A stretch of 64,000 bases of DNA from an uncultured bacterium (GCA_963977015.1 CAXBMO010000014.1:64001-128000), one strand, 5' to 3'. Counted from the first letter of the stretch, positions 1 to 10,239 are shown. Notes: generated by a model not told the origin, from the letters alone. Translations and numbers: made by a program.

Positions 1-349
1 AGGGTTCTCCGGTTTCCGCGTTGTCGACGATTTCCATGCTGGCTTCGCTCGTTGCGGACGCAAAATCGCCGGGTCGCCGTTTGCGTTTGCGCGCATGGTC
101 GCGGCACAGGTTGGTGGCAATCGTAAACAACCAGGTCTGAAACTTCGCCTTCGGCTGGTATCTCTCCCGATTCCGGTAGGCGCGGATGAAGGTTTCGGAC
201 GTTAGATCAGCCGCCTCCGATGCATCGCCAACATAGCGCATGATGAATCGGTAGAGCGGTTCCTTGTGTCGCGAAACGATCGTTTCGAGGGAAGTTTCGC
301 CGCCCTCTTTGAACTGCCCGATGAGCGATAGTTCCTCCTCCGGAAGCAT
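1..349 (-). CDS. ECF sigma factor, CnrH-like (3' end runs off the window; not in ORF track)
   Basis: Manual translation from ATG at 349: MLPEEELSLIGQFKEGGETSLETIVSRHKEPLYRFIMRYVGDASEAADLTSETFIRAYRNRERYQPKAKFQTWLFTIATNLCRDHARKRKRR, a typical ECF sigma region 2; directly follows cnrX/cnrY-like genes. Confidence 0.9.
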   Translation of the reverse strand, partial: MLPEEELSLIGQFKEGGETSLETIVSRHKEPLYRFIMRYVGDASEAADLTSETFIRAYRNRERYQPKAKFQTWLFTIATNLCRDHARKRKRRPGDFASATSEASMEIVDNAETGEP

Positions 350-376
350 GAGCGATTGCGTTTTGCGCAAGGGAAT

Positions 377-832
377 TTAGAAATCACTCAATGCGTCGCC
401 AGCCAAGTCGAGAAGCTTCTGATACTGCTCAACGGTAAGAACCGTTTTCATTTCGACCAAATGCTCGATCGTGGCCTTTTGGAGTGCGGCCTGCGCATGG
501 TGAATTTCCTCAATAATGGCTTCGACTCTTGGCGTGTAGGTTTGGTCCTCTTTGAGAGCGACAGTCAGTTTTGCATTCGCAGCCAGAATCGCATCGCGAA
601 GCTCACGTTCTCTCGACTCAAAACGGGTTTCCATGTCCTTGAGCTGCTCGTGTTGCTCGTGCGTGATTCCCAGTTGATGATGCAGCCAATCGTGAGGATC
701 GTGTCCGCTTGCGCCGTGATGGCCTCCCATGAAAAACTTGAGGGCCAGCGTGCAGCCAACAGCGCAGCCAAGCAGCGCAGCCACAAAAACGCCAAAGAAA
801 ACGACAACCGGATTTTTGAAATTGAGCTTCAT
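377..832 (-). CDS. Periplasmic heavy-metal sensor, CnrX/NccX-like
   Basis: N-terminal TM anchor, His-rich linker, HDWLH...E...EHLVEM pattern matching the His/His/Glu/His/Met ligand set of CnrX; helical body. Confidence 0.85.
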   Translation of the reverse strand: MKLNFKNPVVVFFGVFVAALLGCAVGCTLALKFFMGGHHGASGHDPHDWLHHQLGITHEQHEQLKDMETRFESRERELRDAILAANAKLTVALKEDQTYTPRVEAIIEEIHHAQAALQKATIEHLVEMKTVLTVEQYQKLLDLAGDALSDF

Positions 833-844
833 CGAATGCGCATT

Positions 845-1159
845 CTAAGGATGAGGCAATCCGAGAGGATTCGAGCCAAATACGTCCAGCGCAAAAAGCT
901 GGCGCATGTGTTCGTTGGATTGAGCTTTGGAATGGATGGCGGTTACCGAACCAATCATCAAACCAAGCCCAACGGCGATGACGACAACGGCGAGCCCAAA
1001 CTGCGGCAAGCTGAACCAGCCGGGCCAAATGAAGCCAGGTTGCTCCGGTTCGGCGGTTCGCACGGCGCGCAACACACGGCTTTCCAGATTCCCGGGAGCG
1101 GCAGGGATGGATTCTTCCCGAATTTCAGCAAGCAACTTGTCTAGGCGTTCTTCGTCCAT
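845..1159 (-). CDS. Membrane anti-sigma factor, CnrY-like
   Basis: 104 aa, short cytoplasmic N-terminus (LDKLLAEIR...LESRVLRAV), single TM, C-terminal LFALDVFGSNP; first gene of a Y-X-H trio. Confidence 0.7.
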   Translation of the reverse strand: MDEERLDKLLAEIREESIPAAPGNLESRVLRAVRTAEPEQPGFIWPGWFSLPQFGLAVVVIAVGLGLMIGSVTAIHSKAQSNEHMRQLFALDVFGSNPLGLPHP

Positions 1160-1199
1160 TTTTGGGGAGAGGATTGAGTTTGGGGATGCTCATCGTCTC

Positions 1200-1230
1200 C
1201 TTAAACGCCGGAGCGTGGCACATCCCTCAA
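1200..1230 (-). promoter_or_regulatory. Putative ECF promoter upstream of the anti-sigma/sensor/sigma genes
   Basis: Minus strand reads TTGAGGG-ATGTGCCACGCTC-CGGCGTT-TAAG; same motif and spacing at 10284-10314. Confidence 0.7.
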
Positions 1231-1256
1231 GGAGTATGGCCCGGATTCGCCTTGCT

Positions 1257-2186
1257 TCAATCGCCTTCTTTTTGCAGGCAACCTTCGTCGTGAAAGCAGC
1301 AGTTCACCTCAACGGTTACGTGAACCAGTCTCCATTCGGAAGAAAGGAGGTTTTTGTAGTGCTTTGGGGGCGGGGATGGTGGGTAGCCACTCCAATTTCC
1401 GCGGCATGAATTCCGGGTCCTATGGACCACACATGCAAATCGACGATTCGATTGTCTGCGTCATCTTCGATGCGTTCTTTGATCGTGCCGCGAATTGGTT
1501 CCGGGGCTTGGGCATCGAGAAGAACCGAGCCGTGCTCTTCAAAAGGCCAATCGACCATTTGGTGATCAGAATCGCACCAATGATGCCCATGAGCGGGGCC
1601 ATCCAAATGGCCCCGAAGTATTTCGGCAGCCAAAAGGGCAACAATTGCAAGCTCTGAGGTTAGCGCGCCTGCAATCCATGCAGGTAGGCGGCACGCGGAT
1701 TGTGGTCATGGCCTTCGTGTTCATGATCGTGTCCGTGACCGAGAACCAAAGCGGAAGCCGCATTCACAACGAGTCCAACGACCGCGACGAGGATGGCTTG
1801 ATTGAAAGCAATATCTACGGAGAACAACATGCGTTCCACACTTTCCCATGCCATGATCATCGCGAAGACTCCAAGCAAACGGCGCCGGTAAATCCCCCCC
1901 AACGCATTCACCTTTCCCATACCGAAGCTGAATCGCTGGTCGTGGGCAAGACGCCTGGCAAAGATGTAAGCGAAGGCTGAAATTCCCAGAGCGACGGCGT
2001 GTGACGCCATGTGCAGTCCATCAGCCAGGAGAGCCATGGAACCAAAAAGAATCCCGGTGGCGATTTCCACCACCATCATGTGGTTGTAATGTCGATTACA
2101 ATTAGCGTGCATGCCTCGCCGGATCGCTTTCTGTCCTGACCGAAGCTGTGCTCGTGTCGCCAATCATCAAGGTTTTCAAAGTGCAT
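1257..2186 (-). pseudogene. dmeF: CDF family Co/Ni efflux transporter (DmeF-like), multiply frameshifted
   Basis: Pieces in different frames: MHFENLDDWRHEHSFGQD / MMVVEIATG..SMALLADGLHMASH..GHGHDHEHEGHDHNPRAAYLH / KYFGAIWMAPLMGIIGA / RIVDLHVWSIGPG / RLVHVTVEVN..stop at 1257. Confidence 0.85.
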
Positions 2187-2213
2187 CGCGTATCGTAGTT
2201 GGTTCGGAAGCAA

Positions 2214-5200
2214 TCAAGTTTCCATCGAGGTTGTATGGAATCTTGCCCTAATTTCCTCGATCCAGCAATAGAGGGTTGGCACGACGAACACGGTCAGAAT
2301 CGCCACCGTCATGCCCCCGAATGTTGGAATTGCCATGGGCACCATCACATCGGAGCCCCGCCCGGTAGAGGTGAGCACCGGGATAAGGGCCAGAATCGTT
2401 GTCGCCGTGGTCATCATCGCTGGCCGGTTGCGGCGCACGGCGGCTTGGATGGTCGCTTCGCGGATTTCTTCCACCGTCTTTGGCCGATCCTTGTTAAAGC
2501 GCTGGGTCAAATACGTCCCCATCAGCACGCCGTCATCCGTGGCGATGCCAAACAGGGCCAGGAAGCCGACCCACACAGCGACGCTGAGGTTGATGGGGCG
2601 AACCTGGAACAATTCGCGCAGGTCGAAGCCGAAGAGCGATACATTGAGGAACCATTCCTGACCGTAGAGCCATAGCAGGATGAATCCGCCGGACCAAGCG
2701 ACAAAGATGCCGGTGAATACCAAGAGCGTGGTGGTGACGTTCTTAAACTGAAAATAGATAATGATGAAAATGAGAAAGAGTGCCAGCGGGACGACCACCA
2801 TCAGCTTCTTTTCCGCGCGAACCTGATTTTCGTAAGACCCGGTAAAGCGATAGCTGACACCCGCCGGGATTCCCAACTCGCCTTCCTGTTTTTTGCGGTT
2901 CAGGTAACGCGTGGCCTCTTCCACCACATCGACCTCGGCAAAGCCAGGCTTCTTGTCAAAGATAACGTAGCCTACCAGGAAGGTGTCTTCGCTCTTGATC
3001 GCTTGGGGGCCGCGGACGTATTCGATTTCAGCCAATTGCCGGATCGGAATCTGGGTGCCGTCCGGCGCCGGAATGAGGATGCCACCGAGGCTTTCGATGG
3101 TGTCGCGCAACTCACGCTGGTAACGAACCCTGACTGGATATCGCTCGCGACCTTCCACGGTTGTCGTGACGCGGCGACCGCCGATGGCAACTTCGATCAC
3201 GTCCTGGACGCTCTTAATATGCAGGCCGTAGCGGGCGATGGCTTGGCGGTCGATATGAATCTCCAGATACGGCTTGCCCACGATGCGGTCGGCAAACACC
3301 GCCGCGGGTTCGATGGACGGCACTTCTTTCAGCAATCGTTCGATGTCTAGTCCCACTCGCTCGATCGTTTCCAGATCGGGTCCGTAGATCTTCAGTCCCA
3401 TGGGAGCGCGCATCCCGCTTTGTAACATAACGATGCGAGCCGCGATGGGTTGCAGCTTGGGGGCGGAGGTGGAACCGGGAACCTCGGCCGCGGCCACGAT
3501 CGCATCCCAAATGTCGTCGGGCGACTGGATTTCGTCGCGCCATTGCCGGAAAGGCAGGCCTTTCCGATCAGGGATGAGTTCGCCGTCCGGGTCGCGGACA
3601 AATTTCTCCGCTTTCCGGTCATATTTGTAGCGCGTCGGGTGACCGTGCTCGTCCGTCGCGAATTCTGATTTGTAGAGGATGACGGTCTCAAACATCGAGA
3701 TCGGCGCAGGGTCGAGCGGACTCTCCACGCGCCCCAACTTCCCGACCACACTCTCCACTTCCGGGATGGCGCGTATTGCTTGATCCTGGAGCGCCAAGAC
3801 TTCGTAGGCTTCACCAATGGAAGCGTGCGGCATGGCGGTGGGCATCCAGAGATAAGAGCCTTCATCCAGAGGCGGCATGAATTCCTTGCCTAGACCCGGG
3901 AAGGCGTGATAAGCGCCAGACCAAACCGGGTTGTTGCGCGCCCATTCCGGCACGAAACCAAACAAACTCGCGAATCCCTGCCAAACCATCAATCCCGTCA
4001 GGACGACGATCGAGACAAAGCCAATCAGGATCCCCTTGTGATTCAGGCTCCAGCGCAGCATGAGTGGATAAGCTCGAATAAAGAGTAACACGAAAAGTAA
4101 TAGACCGCCGATGAGCGCGATGACGAAAATGAGGTTCAAAATGCCATTCTCCGGACCGAGCGGGAGCCAACTATTAGCCAGGATGATGGCAACAATGAAA
4201 CCGACTGCAATATTGACCGCGTAAAGGCTGCGCTGACTCCAGGCTTCAGGGATGTTTTGCTGCGCTAGCCGGTATCCGGCCAGCAAGATAATGACCATCG
4301 CCGCCCACCAGGGGAACCAACTCGTTGCCAGCGATAATACGAATGCCGCCAAGATGACAGAGCCTTGCACGATCCAGGTATGCCGAGTGCGGTGTTGCGC
4401 GGCTTTCGCGCTGGAAAAGAGTAGATGCGCCAGCGGTGGGATGATGGTGAGGGCCACAATGACCGAGGCGATGAGCGCAAATGTTTTGGTATAAGCCAGG
4501 GGCCGAAAGAGCTTACCCTCCGCTCCTTCCATCGCGAAAACAGGCAAGAAGCTGATGACGGTGGTAAGCACGGCGGTCAGGACCGCGCTGCCGACTTCCG
4601 AGGATGCGCGGTAGACGACTTCAAGTCGGTTGTCTTCCGGTTTGGCTTCTTCCTGATGGTTCAGGATGTTTTCGCAAATTACGATGCCCATGTCGACAAT
4701 CGTGCCAATCGCAATCGCAATGCCGGACAACGCCACGATATTGGCATCGACACCAAACCGCTTCATTGCGATGAAGGTCACCAGGATGGCCAGTGGTAGC
4801 ATCATCGCGATGAGCAGAGAGCTGCGCAGGTGCATCACAATGAGAATGACCACAATGCAGGTAACGAGCACTTCCTCGGTCAAGGCGGTATTGAGCGTCC
4901 CCAGCGTCTCGTTGATGAGTCCGGTTCTATCATAAAACGGCACAACCGCCACTTTACTAACCGTGCCATCCGCCAATGTCATTTCCGGCAAGCCGGGCGA
5001 AATTTCGGCGATCTTCGCCTTCACCCTTTTGATCACTTCCAGCGGATTGGCGCCGTAACGCACCACCACCACACCGCCCACGGCATCGGCCCCCTCCTTA
5101 TCCAGAGCCCCGCGCCGCAAGGCTGGTCCCCGCTCGATCTCCGCGATTTGGGCAAGGGTAACCGGAACATTGTTAGACACCTTCACGACGATCTGTCGAA

Positions 5201-6008
5201 TATCGTCCAGGTTCTCGATGAACCCGAGCCCCCGGATTACGTATTCCGCCCGGTTGATCTCGATGGTGCGTGCGCCGACGTCCAGATTCGACATCTTGAC
5301 CGCGTTAAACACCATCTCCAGCGTCACGCCATAAGCGCGCATCGCATCGGGATCGACGTCGATCTGGTATTCTTTAACGAAGCCGCCAATCGAAGCGGCC
5401 TCCGCCACACCTTCGACCGATTGAAGCGCATAACGAACGTAGAAATCCTGGATACTACGCAGTTCCTGGGGATCCCAACCCGGAGCGGGGTTTCCTTCCT
5501 TATCTCGTCCTTCGAGCGTATACCAATAAACCTGCCCAAGCGCCGTTGCATCAGGCCCCAACATCGGGGTTACGCTTTCCGGCAACGTGCCCACCGGAAG
5601 GCTGTTGAGCTTCTCCAAAACCCGGCTTCTGCTCCAGTAAAACTCCGCCTTTTCGTTGAAGATGATGTAGATCGACGAGAAACCGAAAAAGGAATAGCTG
5701 CGAACGGTCTTTACCTCCGGAATGCCCAGCAGCGACACCGTGAGCGGGTAGGTGATTTGATCCTCAACGTCTTGCGGCGAACGACCCATCCACTCCGTGA
5801 ACACGATTTGCTGGTTCTCGCCGATATCGGGAATGGCATCTACCGGCACCGGATCGCGAGGCAGGCCACCGACTTCCCAATCAAACGGAGCCACGAGAGT
5901 TCCCCAAACCACGAACATGGCCAGGACCAGGAAAACGACGAGCTTGTTCTCCAGGCAAAAGCGGATTACCGCATCGACTGGAGAGAGAGGGGGGGCTTCA
6001 CTTGCCAT
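2214..6008 (-). CDS. cusA: Heavy-metal RND efflux permease, CusA-type (Cu/Ag)
   Basis: VPVDAIPDIGENQQIVFTEWMGRSPQDVEDQITYP, GPDATALGQVY, EFMPPLDEG, DPAPISMFET, RIVMLQSG motifs; multiple TM segments. Confidence 0.93.
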   Translation of the reverse strand: MASEAPPLSPVDAVIRFCLENKLVVFLVLAMFVVWGTLVAPFDWEVGGLPRDPVPVDAIPDIGENQQIVFTEWMGRSPQDVEDQITYPLTVSLLGIPEVKTVRSYSFFGFSSIYIIFNEKAEFYWSRSRVLEKLNSLPVGTLPESVTPMLGPDATALGQVYWYTLEGRDKEGNPAPGWDPQELRSIQDFYVRYALQSVEGVAEAASIGGFVKEYQIDVDPDAMRAYGVTLEMVFNAVKMSNLDVGARTIEINRAEYVIRGLGFIENLDDIRQIVVKVSNNVPVTLAQIAEIERGPALRRGALDKEGADAVGGVVVVRYGANPLEVIKRVKAKIAEISPGLPEMTLADGTVSKVAVVPFYDRTGLINETLGTLNTALTEEVLVTCIVVILIVMHLRSSLLIAMMLPLAILVTFIAMKRFGVDANIVALSGIAIAIGTIVDMGIVICENILNHQEEAKPEDNRLEVVYRASSEVGSAVLTAVLTTVISFLPVFAMEGAEGKLFRPLAYTKTFALIASVIVALTIIPPLAHLLFSSAKAAQHRTRHTWIVQGSVILAAFVLSLATSWFPWWAAMVIILLAGYRLAQQNIPEAWSQRSLYAVNIAVGFIVAIILANSWLPLGPENGILNLIFVIALIGGLLLFVLLFIRAYPLMLRWSLNHKGILIGFVSIVVLTGLMVWQGFASLFGFVPEWARNNPVWSGAYHAFPGLGKEFMPPLDEGSYLWMPTAMPHASIGEAYEVLALQDQAIRAIPEVESVVGKLGRVESPLDPAPISMFETVILYKSEFATDEHGHPTRYKYDRKAEKFVRDPDGELIPDRKGLPFRQWRDEIQSPDDIWDAIVAAAEVPGSTSAPKLQPIAARIVMLQSGMRAPMGLKIYGPDLETIERVGLDIERLLKEVPSIEPAAVFADRIVGKPYLEIHIDRQAIARYGLHIKSVQDVIEVAIGGRRVTTTVEGRERYPVRVRYQRELRDTIESLGGILIPAPDGTQIPIRQLAEIEYVRGPQAIKSEDTFLVGYVIFDKKPGFAEVDVVEEATRYLNRKKQEGELGIPAGVSYRFTGSYENQVRAEKKLMVVVPLALFLIFIIIYFQFKNVTTTLLVFTGIFVAWSGGFILLWLYGQEWFLNVSLFGFDLRELFQVRPINLSVAVWVGFLALFGIATDDGVLMGTYLTQRFNKDRPKTVEEIREATIQAAVRRNRPAMMTTATTILALIPVLTSTGRGSDVMVPMAIPTFGGMTVAILTVFVVPTLYCWIEEIRARFHTTSMET

Positions 6009-8418
6009 GGTCGTGTGATTCCTTCGGGGATGGAACTAGAGTCTCTTCCACGCTGCCACATTTCAGCATCGCCGCCCCGAAATACGGGTTGCGGATTTCC
6101 TCGCCAAGTTGCAGCCAATCGCCGCCCTGGTTATCGAACGCCATGGGGCAATGGGCGCGGAAAATTTGGTCGATCCCGGCTAGGCCGAACGATCGCAAAC
6201 TACTGATCAAGGTGTCGCTCAATGCTTTGAATTCAACGCGCGCGGTTTTGAGATCCTTGGCTCCGGCCAAATGTGCAGCAGCGGTTTTCAGCGGCTCCAA
6301 GTGCGCCATCCAGGCCATGTGGGCATCGCCTTCCAATAGGGCCATATCGACCTTTGCCAGAGAGTCGCCAACAGCGGTGGTGGCGGATTTTGCCTTTGCC
6401 AAATCATCTTCGGCCAGGGCCGTGCTCACCGCCTCGTAAGCCTGGACGACCGCACCGAGTTGCGCCTGAAAATTCGGGTCCGCCGCGTATTGATCCGGCT
6501 TTTCGGCTTGGGCCGAAATCGTGGCTTTCACGTCGCCGCAGTTCAGCATTTTGTCGCCAAAGTAAGGGTTGCGAATCTCATCGCCAAGTTGCAGCCAATC
6601 GCCGCCTTTGTTGTCGAAGGCCATGGGACAATGGGCGTGAACCAGCGACTTCTCCGGGGCGAGGGCGAAGACATGCGCTGCGCGAATCAGCGTCTGCGAA
6701 AGCGTCGAAAAAGCGACACGGGCAAGCTCGATATCCTTGGCGGAGGCGATCAAGTCAGCGGAGCCCCGGATCGGCGCGAGTTGGTTCATCCACTCCAAGT
6801 GAGCCTCTTCATCGAGCAGGTTCATGTCCACCTTCGCGAGGGCGACGGCGACGGAGTTGGCTGCCGTTTTCGCCTTTTCCAAATCGCTGGCCACGAGCGC
6901 CCTTTGCAACTCCAGGTAGGCCTTATAAACCGTGGTCAGTTGCGCTTCAAACTCCGGGCTTACGTCGTAGGTAAGCATCTTGTGTTCGCCGCGAGCTTGG
7001 CGCGGCCCGCCGTGATCGTGCCCACCGGAACCGCCTCCGCCATTGGGATTCATCATGCTGGGTTTGGCCACGATTTGCAGGGCACTGTCGATCTTGAAAT
7101 TGCCTTGGGCGACGACTCGCTCTCCTTCCATCAACCCTTCTTCAACAATATAATCGCCTCCGGCGCGGGGACCTACCAGGATTTCACGCCCTTCGTAGGT
7201 GGGCTGAGCTTGGTCGGGAACTTCCACGTAAACGACCGCGCGGCGTCCGGTGCGCAAAACGGCGGCTGCGGGCACCACCAGCGGCGCTTCTCGCTTCCTA
7301 ACGCCCGTGTAGTCCAGATCCTCGGCCTTGACCAGGGCCATGCCGCAAACCGGGCAGTCGCCAGGTTCGTCGCGAACGATCTCGGGGTGCATGGGGCTAA
7401 TCCATTTGCCCGCCAATGCCGGAGCAATCACCTTGCCTTCGCCCGCCAGCGTCGCCCTGACGGTGGCGTGGACGAACATGTCCGGCTTCAGCGCTTCATT
7501 CGGGTTTTCCGCGTTCACCCGCACCCGGATCGTCCGCGTTTTGGGATCGAGCGTGGGCGAGACAAACGAAACGATTCCCTCAAAGGTTCGTCCTGGGACG
7601 GCCTCGGCCGTAAACTCAACGGGTTGGCCGTAACGCAGCCAGGGCAGGTCGGACTCGTAGGCCTCCAGCATCACCCAGACCTTGCTCAAATCCGCGATCA
7701 TAAAGAGCGGCTGCCCGGTTTTGACATAGTCCCCCTCGCTGACGTGTTTTTGGATAACGATGCCACCCAGCGGGCTATCGATATCCAGCCGGTCGGTGGT
7801 CTCTTGGTTGCTCTCGATGGACCGGATGCGTTCGGCGGACAGGCCCCAGAGGCGAAGCTTGTCGCGCGCGACCTTTACGTTGGAACCAAAGCGCAACGCG
7901 GAAATGAGTTCGGATTGCGCAGTGAGGAGTTCCGGGCTGTAAACTTGCGCTAAATGGTCGCCCTTGCGGACGGAAATCCCGGTGTAGTCCACGTAGAGCC
8001 GGTCAATCCTGGCGGGGAAGTAGGCGGCCACGGTTTTAGTGCTGGTCTCGTCGAAGGCAACCTTCCCGACCAGCCGGATCTCCGCATCGACGAAGCGACG
8101 CTCGACCGACACAGTGGTGATTTTCGCCAATTGCCGGGCGCTCTCGGTCATCACCAGTTGACGCGGATTATCTTTCCCGGAACCGCCCTTTTTTAGCGGA
8201 ATCAAATCCATGGCGCAAATGGGACATTTTCCGGGCTTCGGCTGCTGGATTTGCGGATGCATGGAGCAGGTCCAAATCGAGACTTGTTCTCCACCGGCGG
8301 GCGAAGAACCATGGTCATGTCCGCCACCGCTAAACAAAGCGCCTAAAGTCCATCCTGCCAAAATCAAGATCGCTCCCAGAGCAAGGGTTTTCGGATTTTT
8401 GAGCAAGGTGAGTTTCAT
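5998..8418 (-). CDS. cusB: RND periplasmic adaptor, CusB-type, with heavy-metal-binding domains and two C-terminal DUF3347-like repeats
   Basis: WTCSMHPQI..CPICAMDL and WISPMHPEI..CPVCGMAL motifs, MFP core, two AHCPMAFDNxGGDWLQ..RNPYFG..MLxCG repeats; overlaps the RND start by 11 bp. Confidence 0.9.
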   Translation of the reverse strand: MKLTLLKNPKTLALGAILILAGWTLGALFSGGGHDHGSSPAGGEQVSIWTCSMHPQIQQPKPGKCPICAMDLIPLKKGGSGKDNPRQLVMTESARQLAKITTVSVERRFVDAEIRLVGKVAFDETSTKTVAAYFPARIDRLYVDYTGISVRKGDHLAQVYSPELLTAQSELISALRFGSNVKVARDKLRLWGLSAERIRSIESNQETTDRLDIDSPLGGIVIQKHVSEGDYVKTGQPLFMIADLSKVWVMLEAYESDLPWLRYGQPVEFTAEAVPGRTFEGIVSFVSPTLDPKTRTIRVRVNAENPNEALKPDMFVHATVRATLAGEGKVIAPALAGKWISPMHPEIVRDEPGDCPVCGMALVKAEDLDYTGVRKREAPLVVPAAAVLRTGRRAVVYVEVPDQAQPTYEGREILVGPRAGGDYIVEEGLMEGERVVAQGNFKIDSALQIVAKPSMMNPNGGGGSGGHDHGGPRQARGEHKMLTYDVSPEFEAQLTTVYKAYLELQRALVASDLEKAKTAANSVAVALAKVDMNLLDEEAHLEWMNQLAPIRGSADLIASAKDIELARVAFSTLSQTLIRAAHVFALAPEKSLVHAHCPMAFDNKGGDWLQLGDEIRNPYFGDKMLNCGDVKATISAQAEKPDQYAADPNFQAQLGAVVQAYEAVSTALAEDDLAKAKSATTAVGDSLAKVDMALLEGDAHMAWMAHLEPLKTAAAHLAGAKDLKTARVEFKALSDTLISSLRSFGLAGIDQIFRAHCPMAFDNQGGDWLQLGEEIRNPYFGAAMLKCGSVEETLVPSPKESHDHGK

Positions 8419-8421
8419 GTT

Positions 8422-9687
8422 CTATTTGGGACGTTTCCCAGTGAGAGTTTGGAGACGCACCAGGCTTTGGTATTGGTCGGCCACGGCGCGCCAATAGTTG
8501 CGCTCGATTTCCAAAAGAGAGCGTTCGCTGTCGATGAGATCGAGGATGCTCGCACGATCGGCCTTATAGCTTTGCTCGGTGACTTCGACGGCCTGACGCG
8601 CTTTGGGCAGCAACGTCGTGCCATACAGTACGATTCGCTCTTCGGCTTCGGCGAGATCTTGCAGTATGCGTTCCAATTGCGCGAGAAGTTCGTTTTCGCG
8701 GTTGGACAGTGTCTTCTTAGCCGCATTGTATCTAGCCTGTGCCTCGCGTTTTTCCGCTTTATACTTACCTGACCAGAGAGGGATCGAGAAACTGACCTGA
8801 ACCGCCCAGGGATCGTCGCCACTCCCCACCGTGGCCGGATTCAACGCATTGCCGGTATCGAAAGCTCCCACGCCGACAGTCGGATCTGGAATGGGGCTCA
8901 ACTTGCTCAGCTTTACCGCTTCCGCCGCCTTTTCGATACCGCTTTGCAGCGACTTCAACTCCGGGTTTTCGGATAAGAGGGTGGCGACCAATTCTGATCT
9001 GCCGGGTTGATGGCGCGGAGGACTGAGCAACGCGGGAAACTGCAGCGCGTTCGTATTACGCCGACCTAGCAGGGCGTCTATAGCCGCGCTTTGGCTGCCC
9101 CGCTGCTTTTCCAACGCTTGAAGCATGTCGCGATTCTTGGCGATTTCGACTTCCAGCCGCAACAAGGGCGCTAAATCCCCACCGCCGCGAACCTTCTCCT
9201 CCACATTCGGCTGAAGCCGCTCCAATAAGGTGAGAACTTCGCGAGTGATCTTAGTGGCCTCTCCGAGGTAGCCATAATTGTAGTAAGCAACGCCAATCTC
9301 TTTTGCCAAAGCCAGAATTTGGGCCTGGTAGAGGTGCTCGATGGCTTCAGCCTCCTTGGACGCAACTTCTCCGCGAAGCCGCCGTTTCCCAAACCAGGGA
9401 AACATTTGGCTGAAGAACACCTGGTTTTCCTGGGGGCCAGTGCGGGTCTGGATGTCTTCAACGAAGTGGGTTGCCGTCATTTTTGGATCTGGCAGGCTTC
9501 GAGCCTGGGGAATTTTTTCCAGAACAGCCTGATAGTTTTCGTATTCGGCCTGTAACCCCGGATTGTTGGCAATGCCGAATGCGAGGTAGTCGGTTAGGGA
9601 GCTAGACTCAGAAAGCGTGGCGGCCCCCCCTGTGACAGTGATGCAGAACGCCGCCAAAGAAGCGAAGAGAAAGGAAGGTGATGTCAT
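8422..9687 (-). CDS. TolC-family outer membrane efflux protein
   Basis: Signal peptide, NNPGLQA, SLPDP, SQMFPWFGKR, SFSIPLW, LDLIDSERSLL motifs; directly upstream of the MFP and RND. Confidence 0.88.
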   Translation of the reverse strand: MTSPSFLFASLAAFCITVTGGAATLSESSSLTDYLAFGIANNPGLQAEYENYQAVLEKIPQARSLPDPKMTATHFVEDIQTRTGPQENQVFFSQMFPWFGKRRLRGEVASKEAEAIEHLYQAQILALAKEIGVAYYNYGYLGEATKITREVLTLLERLQPNVEEKVRGGGDLAPLLRLEVEIAKNRDMLQALEKQRGSQSAAIDALLGRRNTNALQFPALLSPPRHQPGRSELVATLLSENPELKSLQSGIEKAAEAVKLSKLSPIPDPTVGVGAFDTGNALNPATVGSGDDPWAVQVSFSIPLWSGKYKAEKREAQARYNAAKKTLSNRENELLAQLERILQDLAEAEERIVLYGTTLLPKARQAVEVTEQSYKADRASILDLIDSERSLLEIERNYWRAVADQYQSLVRLQTLTGKRPK

Positions 9688-9786
9688 GTGTGCGCGTAGA
9701 ACTTTCCTTTCAAAAATCGTCTACAAGGGGAGCGAAGTCAAAGCGCCATCTGGTTGCTCGGTTAGGATTGTGAGGATTGTGGAAGG

Positions 9787-10239
9787 CTATTCTGCTTTCG
9801 GTTTTTTCGGTGCGCCACAATTCGGCATTTGGCTTCCGAAATACGGGTTTTGGACGTGAGCAGCGTGTTCCTTGCTTTGCAGCCAATCTCCGCCGCCACC
9901 CTTCACCATCGGGCAATGCATCACCACATAACCTTCACGCTTTTCGGCCATCTTTATCGCTTCAGCACTGAGCATCTTGAAATGGCCACGGGCCTCTTCG
10001 AGCGATTTAGCCGCGGCAATGGCCTCGGCATGTGGCGCGCAGGCGCTTTCCTCATCGTGATGAGCCATCTTCGCGGCCTCCGCTTTCGCCGTCTCCAGGT
10101 TGTCCTGAAAGAGAGCGTGTGCGACTTTTTGGTAGCCCTGAAGCATGTGGCCCGCATGGGCCTCATGACCTTTGTCTGCGATTGCCGTTGGGACGAGCGC
10201 GGCGCTCAGTAGGATGAGAAGAGTGGTGGTAACTTTCAT
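9787..10239 (-). CDS. Secreted DUF3347-like metal-binding protein
   Basis: Start moved to MKVTTTLLILL (signal peptide; the track's TTG start lies inside the promoter motif); MHCPMVKGGGGDWLQ..VQNPYFGSQMPNCG motif shared with the MFP repeats. Confidence 0.8.
   Translation of the reverse strand: MKVTTTLLILLSAALVPTAIADKGHEAHAGHMLQGYQKVAHALFQDNLETAKAEAAKMAHHDEESACAPHAEAIAAAKSLEEARGHFKMLSAEAIKMAEKREGYVVMHCPMVKGGGGDWLQSKEHAAHVQNPYFGSQMPNCGAPKKPKAE

Noticed and set aside
356-9859. Plus-strand ORFs over the metal operon (e.g. 4830-6206, 6460-7953)
   Set aside because: Antisense shadows of well-supported minus-strand genes
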